Shown in pieces: positions 54,101-64,000 of a stretch of DNA of 64,000 nucleotides; position 1 is the first letter of the stretch, and every line of letters starts with the position of its first letter. A program made the translations under genes and the position numbers. The notes under the pieces are model-generated. The model ran no database searches. It saw nothing but the letters and a program-made list of their open reading frames with translations, and was not told the DNA's origin. This DNA is from Pocillopora damicornis (Eukaryota), in NCBI RefSeq assembly GCF_003704095.1, contig NW_020844892.1, positions 372,001 to 436,000 on the forward strand. Direction: 5' to 3'.

Positions 54101-57100
54101 AAAATCTATCATTACTTAGCGCTGGGCTGCTTGTTTATTCAATTTGAGGTTTAAGTGTCGTGGTAGTAAAAGGATTGAATTGCTACTGCATTGGAAAAAA
54201 TATGTCCTTCAAGATTTTCTTTTTTTATCTTCTTATTTATCATATTTTTTATAAAAAAAAGAAAACCGCTATGCTAGTTGTTTCTTTATGCAGGTGAATT
54301 TAATCATCTAAGAAAAGTTATCAATACAAGTGGCTTCGCTCTCCATTAACTTTATTTTCCTCACTTTGCAAGGCATTCATTGGGTTTTAATTCCCTCTTA
54401 GTTGGGTGGAGACACATAGTAATGGACTCAGGGTTAAAATCCTGTGAAGTCTTAATCTCAACTCTAGTTTGGATGTGAGTAACTACTTTTTCTAGAACAT
54501 CATGCCACCTCCTTAGAGCCCGTCGCCTTGACAAGTATTACTTTGCTTATTACTGGCGATTTTTGTCGGCAGCGTTCATCATTCGTCGGTGATTCTTATC
54601 GCCTTAGCTCATTTTTGGAGCTTAGCTGATAGCCCCAATCTCAAGCGTAAGACCAGGATTTAAAATTTGCACACCTCAAAATACAAGCGAATAGAGGAAT
54701 GTTATCCTTTTCAGTTCTTACTTCTTGTTTCAATCTCAGTTTCAATATCTTGTTTACAACTTGCCGATTTTTTTCCATACTTTTGAGGGTGGAATAGCTC
54801 CGTTCTATTGTGGATATTCGTGGTAGGAGGAAGAGATATTCCCGGCTACTTTTTATTGTGGTCGAATGGGTCACCTGTTTAAGTAACGCCTAGTGTCCAA
54901 GTGTCACCTTTACTTCCAGTCGGGAGCTATCTCTCTACCCTTAATGTCCAGTGTTCAATTTTATGAAAATTTAGTCATAGTAATGAGCTTACGAGACCGA
55001 GAAATAGAGATAGTTTTTCTGACAATTACAGTATTCAACCCTGTCCTGTGATAAGGTAAACTTTCTTGGATCTCTCATTTTACAATAACGGACACTAAAT
55101 CTGCATATGCCTAGTTTTAAGTTTTCCTACGATGTTTCATGTATTACTTCTGTCGCGTTCCCAACTTTACTTATCATTGCACGTTAAGAAACGATTCTTT
55201 TTTACAAGTTTGAAGAAACACAACAGATTTCTTGTAATGTGACACTATTAGGATAATCCAACAATACAACAACGATGCTTTAAATTGTTGTACTCATCTA
55301 CTATAAATAAGGCTCAAGAGATGAACTTGATATGAAAGAAAAAAAATAGGTGTTAAAAGGATTCAAAAAAAGTCGAGAAACAGGATAAAATTGTTTACGC
55401 TTTTTATAGGATTTGAATTTTTCACAAAAACATCATTTGCGCCTACAGACAAAGACTTCATGAAGTTTTAGTCGACAGGTTTGTTAATAATAGTTGATGG
55501 AACACTTCAAATCTTGCTACGATATTACCCGTCTTATGTCTCATTTATTTACCTTTTTTGTATCGCTATACTGAGAATTTTATTCTGGCTGGTTAGTTCT
55601 GAGGCAGTTGTCAAGAAAGCTATATTTTGTCATTGTCTTAATAACCTGTTGCATTGTTCACCATTTAGTGGCAAATAAATTACTCTTAATATTTCCCAGT
55701 GTGTTTCTTGAAGGCTTCTTTACCACGAAGTCTCGTGATTTGTCTCTCTCCCTCTGATTCTTGTTTGCGAAAGCGTTACTTTATGCGTGAACCTCTCCAT
55801 TGACTTCCTAGAAGTGTTTATTCCTCGTCAGAACCTTTGTTTAGCGACGCAGTAACACTGTCCATCTGTGTCCTCGGCTAAGTCAATGATTCAGATCTAT
55901 TTCCTTTTCTAGCAATTGACTTTTCTGCAAAAAATCGCCTTTTAGCAAAATTTCTTTTCTCTTTTCCTAACTGTTTTGATTTTTGTGCCAAGTTTGCTAC
56001 TTATTGTGAAGTGATATTGAACTAAGGGGTAGTCTCCATAACTGTTGACAAAGCGTGAACACATCTTGTAAATAATTTAACGTCAGAGTTGATAACAAAA
56101 TACCCAGATCATTAATTGATAGTATCAACAGCTGTCAAGCCTTCTTATGGTGAATGAGAACAAAACAAGTATGTGGACTGTGAAATTGCCAAAATGACTT
56201 CCCTGATGTTTTTAAAATGTTTTGTAACAAACACCTTTTGCGATTTTGATACGACTGTTTTCTGGAGGTTGATCGAATGTCAGTGTTCTCTAAGAAAGCA
56301 GGTGCTATTATGTCAATCACAAGGAAATGATTTTAAAATGAAGAAATTTAAAAAAACTAATTTAATTTGAGACTAGAAAGTAAGGAGAGAATATTGTTAA
56401 TAGCTGGGGAACTTTCTCCTATTTTTTCCATTCGTTTTTGAAGGCCAAAAATGTAGACGAGCGCATCAGCCACTACCACCAGCAACACGTGCTTCAAGAA
56501 CGCATTACTCCTGTTTGCTTTTTCTGGACAAAACATAGAAGAAATGAAGTGGACTTGTTTCGTATGTCCATGTTCTATACTATGCTTTCCACATACACAG
56601 GAGTGTGCCTAACTTGATGATCACATCTTGCCGATGCTATTCACTTGGTATGCATTTTATGTTAAGTCGTATAGGCCGTGTCTACCATTGGTCTATACCT
56701 CTCTTTAATCTAAGGGAACAGGAATTTTAACCGGTTTACAACCCAGGAAAAAAACCCCCCTTAAAGAAGCTGTTGATGGAAAACTGTCTCAATTTCGACT
56801 CACATTCTAGAGTAGGAAACGTGAAAGGAACTGCTTGAAGAAATTGCAGCTGGATTTGCATTTATGTAAGATTGTAGCCCGAACGTATCCCTCGAAAGCA
56901 CGAAAAAGGGGAAGTTGTAGAGCGTCATCCTTCGTTTTAAGTTACAGAAACTTGCTTTTGTCTTCCTCCAATGCAACTAAATACAGACAACGTGACCTGA
57001 ACGTGAGATACAGAGAATCTGAAAACTAAGTTATTTTTCTTTTTGATCAACTAAACTGTCAGGTTTCTTGCTTACGTTATCCATATGTTTAAGAAATTGC

Positions 57101-60100
57101 ATCTATAATTTCCCATAAGGATTCGATTGTGAACTACTGTTAAATAAATCCCAGCTGCAGTAAGGGGCTACAGCTCCGCGTGGATTGCTCCATACACACT
57201 CAAACACTCTTTGTGATGAAACGTTTCATGTTGTATCCTTTTCTTCGCTATTCTCGATTTGGTCCACTAAAAAAGGCACTGTGACTGATGAAATTGTAAA
57301 ACACAGATTGAGACCGTATTTTTCCCGATTTGACAGATCACCGAGGTTGTAATTTAACTATGTTTTCTAAAAAATAAAAATTTCATCAATAGAGATTGTC
57401 TAATTATGACGTTGATCACGAAGGGCTTTACCCACCATTATCAGCCACCTGTTTTACTTCTTCTGTCCACTTCGATCTGTCATGTGTTGGGGAGAACCTA
57501 CTGTCCTCTGCGTATTTTTTTATTCTTGTACAGGCAAGATATAAATTTGTTAAAGAGGTTTTGAGTAAAAATAGCCTTAGGTTGAATTCGGTTTGAAGGC
57601 CAAATCACAATAGAAGTGTTTCGCAAGATTTCGAAATAAGAGCCCAGCACATGGCATAATTTTTACGCGGCGGTTGTCATACACAATGCTCACTCGTAAC
57701 AGCTGATCGTCGCTTTCCATTTTAAATTCCTGTTCACGAGTCTCACTGGTTACGACACAACAATTTATAACACAGTAGGATATGACAGGGTCAAGCTGTG
57801 ACTATCCAAAATAATAACCAACTAAAGCAAGGCACTGTTTAATTGATCCATTTCCAACACAATGCACAGAAAAAGAGCATGAGTATTTCAAATGGCCACG
57901 AGTGAACCCTTATCGCCTCAAAGGATTTCTGATATACGGTCAATTCTTCGTCAGTACTTTTTCAAAAGAGAGAGGAGAATACTACAGTCCTTTATTCTTT
58001 TTTATATCTTTTTAATAAATTCCACGTGCTTCCTGGAGATTTTAATTTCAGCGTTTCCTCAGTCGTTTCCTAGTTCCAGCAAGCTGTACACAAACCGTTT
58101 CTCTGATCAGTCCGTCTAGCTCGGATCAATTGTTTTTTTGCCTATACTGCTAGTGTGATAATATTTCACATAGTTTTGTAGATTTACATCGGCTGCTAGG
58201 ACAAAACAAACTAATTTTAAGCGCTGCTTTTTTTCCCAGTTTTCTTCCAGTTTACGAATTTTCCCTCCCAACCATTGTAACGTATTACTTATCTTGGCGT
58301 TGGAGTAATTAAGGTAACTGCTGAACAGTGAGGGTAACTCAACGTTATCACTTCTGCCGACACAAGAATTTGCAAGTGCGGAGTTTGTCTTTGATATTTG
58401 CGTCTGTGCTGTACTTTGAATAATCCTGTCAATTTTGCCTTTCGTTACTTCCTGCCTGAAGTCTGTGAAGATAAGGACACTAAATTGTCAAGCTCGTGTT
58501 GTAACTCTTTGGCAGTTCGCAAGTATCATTAAGTCAGTGTTTTCGACTTTTCCTTTTCAATAATTGGCTGGTTACAGGTCAAGTATTCATAGAAACCCTT
58601 AGAGAACCTTTTATTAAATCTTTTCAATTGTCCCTCCCCTTCATGGTAACCAGCTCTCTATTTTGTTTTTTCATAAAAGCTTTAATACAACCACAAGCCA
58701 GGTTCCGCTTATTTCAGAGACGTCAAGTGAAGAAAAGTCTCGCTCTAAGCCAGAGTCAAATAATGTTGATATGATAACATGAAAACGATGTTATTCAAGC
58801 AAAAGATTACTTCTAGTGCCACGTGGAAATTATGATGCGAAGAAGAAGTCGCCTCAGGCTTTACTGAAAGTTGACCGGAAATTTTCAAAGATTTTATCCC
58901 TGTAAACCACCAGCACTAAGTCGAGAAATCTTGAACTGCAGGTTTTTTTCATGTGCAGCTGGTGATTTTCCACTTCGCAGGAAAACAAGAAATGTTTTTA
59001 TTTCGAATTGTTATCTTCTCTAAGTTTTTCTTACGAACATGTCTAAATTATTCGCCAATTTGTTCTTTGGCATAACTATCATTGCACTCGAAGAATCCGT
59101 CGACTGTTGATGGCTTCTTCGATTCACTTGATTTTTTATACAACCTTTAGAAAGCTCGTCCTTTTTTTTTTTTTTTTTTTTTTCATTTCAGCTTTTGTGC
59201 AGAATTATTCATAATTATGTTTCAAGTATTCGTTTATTTCTATAACTTAGGAAAGGCAAACATTTTAGAGGGTTTGCTTTCGAGTTGCCGTCAGTTTCAG
59301 TTCAAATTAATAGAGACAACTTAGCTTTATGCACCAAGGGCATGTAAACTGCATAGCCTTTTCACGGTGCAGTGAAGATTGAGAATGCACAATGGATCAT
59401 AGGTGACAACTGAGATCTATTAACTTTGTTACCTGTCTCACTATTTTCGACTTTGGAGGTGGAATTAGTCAAGGTCAACGCGAGTTGGATGCCCTTCGAT
59501 TTCACGTTCATGCTCAAAGCAAATATGGTTTTTATTATTCCACGAAATGCTGGTCGGATTTCTCTATCAACTTTAAATTCCATTCGGTGGCTATTGTGAT
59601 GTTATCGCCTGATAATGCTTATAAACAGATTGAGCCGACAGACGTTGTCTTCAGTTTAAAGAGGCGCCGCAAGGGCAGCTTGGCCTCGTTGCTGATAAAC
59701 ACATTGGCCTTGATCGGAAGAATGAGATTAGATAGACATTTGCATAGCACTTAAGATTTATAAAGATCTAATTAGTTGTTGTGACAGCCAGAAGAGGATT
59801 ATATTGTTTTTGAATGGCCTAAGAAATTTACGGAAAGGAATCTCGTCAAAATCCGTTGACTCTTCCAGATGATTTGTAGCGGTATTCTACAAATCCTACT
59901 TGTGGGAAAATAATTAAATTTCCAGGCTTATGACTAAATGTAAGTTTGTTTTAAAATTGTATTTTTAGCCACGCGCATATTTCCGGTGTAAGAGCTATGT
60001 TACATTATCTGTTTTGGAAGTGGCCTTGACTTTGACTTCCGAGCGGACGCAAATTTCTGAGCTATTTTCCGGTCTTATGTCGTTTAGAGTTATGCTATAA

Positions 60101-63075
60101 CATGACAGAAAAAGCAAAGGTTAGACGCTTATCTTAATCACAGCTTCCACTGAAATAGGTTAAATTCTTTGAGAGTGAAAAGCTTTAAAGAAGCACTACT
60201 CCTTTTCTATATCGAAATTGTTCCTTCTTCTAGATTTAAGGGTATTTGAAATTTAGTCGCCTTGTTGAAACAGATTTTAGTTTATGCAGGTGCTATTTAA
60301 CAGGGAAAGTTCTAACCTGTGACGGTACCCGTGAGGACAGCTGGCTGAAGAGGTCATACAATCTGTGGAACAATCAAGTTGTTTATTAAAGTTATAGGGG
60401 TATCATTGGTCACACGTTGATCAGTACTGCTATTTCCAAACAGTCTCTCGCCTGTACAACGACAAGCAGAGATCTTTAGGTTCTTAGACAAGAAAGGAAA
60501 CAAGTGCAGAAGGTAAAATCTAGACGGACATTTACGATTTCTCGAAAACTGTTCTGTTAAAAACGTTTTTAACGCTCGAAAAGAACACCAATACGTGCCA
60601 TCAAGATCCACCCTCTTCTTAAGTGCGGAGTGGTTCAAGACAATGAAACGATAATTCGATTTGAGATGTTTTGAATGGTCAATTTCATACCCAAAATCTG
60701 TAGAGATTAGTAATAGTAACGAAAAAGACTGCTAGTAAAAAAGGAGTTGTGATCGCCCTTCTAGAAGGATCTTAATTATTTTTATTACGTACAACTTCTT
60801 TCACAGTGTAAACTGTAAGGGCTTTGATCCTTCCTGCAACAAAATCAAAGATCTGTCACTGTTTTAGTGAGCAAACATAGATTGATGCGCCACGCCCTAT
60901 TCACGATGGAAAGATCGTTGATCACGGCAAACACTTTCCCACTCTCTAATAACTGTAGAGAAGAATTCAACATTGGAATTGGTAATAAGATGAACTGACA
61001 GAATGACTAAAGTTGTGAAAGAATTTCAATAAGGTACGCGTCGAACAAATCCAACGAGGATTAAAGAAATGACTAAATTAATTTTAGAAAATGAAAGTGC
61101 TTTGTTTTTTGGCCGTAACTTCGCCAATAAAGGACTGTTTTTTTTTTGCTTTGTTTTGTTTTGTTTTGTTTTTCTGTTACCTTGTCGTTTTAAATTAGGA
61201 CAGCTCATTATGAATTTACGTAACGCGATTCTCCAGTAGCTTTTTTACTGCTTTTTTACTGCTCGATTTGAATTAGTTTTTCACTCACCCATGTCCTCTT
61301 TTTGAATACTCTTTACTGTAGCGATTAAAGAGCTATGATCCGACTTATGCTATAAATATCAGTTTTTCCTCTCCAAATCGTGATGTATTAAGAGTGCTTG
61401 CTAAAATAGCTACCATAGGATAAGCTGGTGTGTGAGTCTTAATCCCTAAACAGGTTTAGGAGGGAAGATTATTCATCATCACTGCAAAAACGTCCCATTC
61501 TGCTACGACGGACTTACCTAGTCAGGTGGTGTCGGCTGTATTTTCTGTCAACTTGTCAGCTGCCCTTCCCTTTTCGTACAGCTATGTTAGCTGGTTAACG
61601 TTTAATGAAAAGGTTAAATTGAAAAAGATAGTTGATACCAGTGTCATTCTTTCTCCCCACAATCCCTAAATTAGAAAGAATCTTTTCAGTTATTCAAAGT
61701 TGCATGGTAACAGCAATAAGCCACCCCCCTCCCTTGCTCTTGAACTGAACAACGTTACCATACTGTAAATACACAATCACTTTCATTATCGTAGAAGGTA
61801 ATCGCTTACAAATCCTTCAGTTTTTTATTGCCCTCGTAGGTATTGTATTTTCTCTCAACCAACAATGAAATGGACAGGTACATACATCTAACTAACTTGG
61901 CAATCGATGAGTACATCAACGTTACCTGCAAACAGTATTTATTACTCAATAATGTCACGAGTGTGACATTAAAGTGTATACGTACATTGGAATTCTTTTG
62001 ACAAAGGCCAGTGTCAGCTGCCTAGAGGTGAACACGCCGCATCACAGTGTGTGATCTATGAAAATTAATGAATGTTCGATTCTATAGTTAACTCTCAAAT
62101 TTGAACACTAACACAGGTGTGGTTGACACTGTTTTTGTCATTGTTTCAAAATGATGGACGAGTGTTATTTGATGGGGTTAAAAGTTGATGTAAGTTTATG
62201 TTACGATTTAATGTCTTTGTTCCATGAGGAAGCTATATCTTTAAGGAATCGTTCTGCGAATTTAATCAACTAGTTTATGACGGCAATAATCTTAGTGCAA
62301 GTGGTTGCTTAGGAAACTTTGTAATGTCTTGACCCCTGTGGCTAGAAAACGTAAACTGATGTTTTACTAACAGCTGCTACCATGTTCATTCAGTAGGCTC
62401 ATTGTTGTTCATCGTAAGGCGCGCGAAGGAATTTGATTCGCTAGTATAGATTCAGTCACATGTCGATGTCCGCTTTACCCTTTGATTTTCGTCGAAAAGA
62501 GTACAGACTGATATTCTATCTTTGCGACGACGGGGTAACGCTTTGATAAGTATTTCCTAAAATTCCTCTGAAGTGGCGCGCGTACATATTTGGCACCTCT
62601 AAAACTGATAATCTGTGGCATGATTAGAGATGGAAAGTACTTCAGTAAACCTGAATGCTAATCCATTTGAGTTATGCATATCAAGTACACCCAGCGAAAA
62701 TTAGAGGACAGAGAGGGAGGCTTCTGACCGTTAAGTGGGATGTGCCGTCAATTCGTCTTCTCATTTTGAAAGTTGTATAATCTGAATACTGAAAACTTAA
62801 GTTAGAGAGTGGTACCGTGTGGATTTCAAATAATCGCTCGGTGTTTTGTTAAAGTTCGAGTAGTTGGTATTGGCCGTGAGCAAATTTTTTTCAAATGAAG
62901 TATTGGTTGGAGTTAAATGGATGGTTTCCAATAGAGTTAAGAGAGTTTATAAAGGAGGAACTGAACAAGATATATCTCGAGAACCACGCGACCCATCCGT
63001 TTTCGATAGAAAATGAGGCACAAAAAGAAGCAGAAACAAAAAGGGTTGGATGCATTGTGTAATTGTCATGAAATC

Positions 63076-63081
63076 TTTATT
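63076..63081 (-). terminator. Candidate polyadenylation signal of the protease gene
   Basis: AATAAA on the minus strand about 130 nt after the stop. Confidence 0.5.
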
Positions 63082-63209
63082 ACTGAGTACCTTCTGGATG
63101 TATTTTTAAGTACTAAATAATTTTTTCAGCGTGTTTACATTTCGTGCGAGAATGATACGTGAGTTATTGTATTTCCTAGGGGACCTTATTTCCCTTGAAC
63201 AATGTTGAC

Positions 63210-63777
63210 TTACGCTGAATCAGGATTTGTTAATATGTGGAACACCCAGTCCTTTAGTAATGCCAATCTTGCGTACACGCCATAATAATTTGGCTTTGCA
63301 CAACTGTATCCCCAGCTGGTATCTCCCATCAGATACCACTTTCCGTTATCTTCACACACCAAGGGTCCTCCAGAATCGCCCTGACAAGCATCTATCCCTC
63401 CTTCCGGAAATCCTGCACATAGCATCTCACGCGTGATTTTGCTGGCTTCATACGAACCATTTTTAGTGCATTCCTTGTTCGAAACCAACGGAACTTTTGC
63501 CTCTTGTAGTTCATCGGGTGATGCCCCTCCTGGTTGAAGTGTTCCCCACCCCGTTATCCAGCAGTCGGCTCCTGGTGAAAATTCAATGTTGTCATCAGGA
63601 AGGCACACAAGACCCACACCGTTCATAAGTATTGCAGGACGATCCAAATGAATAAGAGCGACATCGTAGTTGTAATTTGTTACGCTGTTGTACTCGTGAT
63701 GGAAATAGATCTTTCTGATGCCAAAGTCTTGTTCCGAACCGATCAACAGTGAAGTATTTTTGTAATGTGCACCCAAC
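63210..63777 (-). CDS. Trypsin-like (S1A) serine protease, last coding exon; gene continues beyond the right edge
   Basis: Acceptor AG at 63779-63778, phase 2, then LGAH. Catalytic Asp in NYDVALIHL, catalytic Ser in DACQGDSGGPL (Asp189, trypsin-type S1 pocket), plus CWITGWG, SWGYSC and GVYARL. The His57 exon is outside the window. Confidence 0.95.
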
Positions 63778-63912
63778 CTACATCGGTCATGGAACGAACA
63801 TATATTTAGAGACGTTAAATGTAGGGCGACTATGGACTACGGAGGAACGAAAACTTCGACCGAGATGAGTGACATGCATGTGAGCAGAGCGTAGTCGGCG
63901 AATTTCTCATAC

Positions 63913-63940
63913 TTTATTGAGGGAAGGTACGGAGTTGTAC
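63913..63940 (-). CDS. Candidate 28-nt micro-exon of the serine protease
   Basis: Acceptor CTTTCTCTTGTTCAAACATCAG and donor GTATGA. Encodes xTTPYLPSIK and ends in phase 2, matching the next exon (..SIK|LGAH). Confidence 0.5.
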
Positions 63941-64000
63941 CTGATGTTTGAACAAGAGAAAGGTTTGGGTCAGAACATTGACTAAGGGGTTGCTTTTCTA

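Noticed and set aside
61951-61970. Perfect 8-bp hairpin AATGTCAC-GAGT-GTGACATT, and similar short palindromes near 34385 and 35778
   Set aside because: Too short to distinguish from chance.

Overview
AT-rich eukaryotic (animal) genomic DNA. The repeat families and protein sequences point to an anthozoan cnidarian, probably a scleractinian coral; this is an inference. The core of the window is an intact NK homeobox cluster segment: NK3/bagpipe (minus, CDS 17874-18719), NK4/tinman-Nkx2.5 type (minus, 21738-23092) and, 26 kb away and divergently transcribed, Msx (plus, 49265-50264). Each gene has two coding exons with canonical GT-AG junctions and a phase-1 intron about 100 codons in. The 3' end of a trypsin-like serine protease gene (minus) closes the right edge. 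Recognisable mobile DNA is confined to two patches. The first (about 0.1-5 kb) holds a Penelope-like remnant with a hammerhead-type motif and an AcademX-like XPG/Cys-finger remnant. The second (40.2-41.9 kb) holds an RTE LINE remnant, two more hammerhead-type repeats and a MITE. The second patch appears to sit in the intron of an unannotated two-exon gene or pseudogene between NK4 and Msx, whose frame is broken only at two homopolymer runs. A CpG-depleted, apparently spliced, poorly coding transcription unit lies at about 2.2-5.7 kb. Most other ORFs in the six-frame track look spurious.
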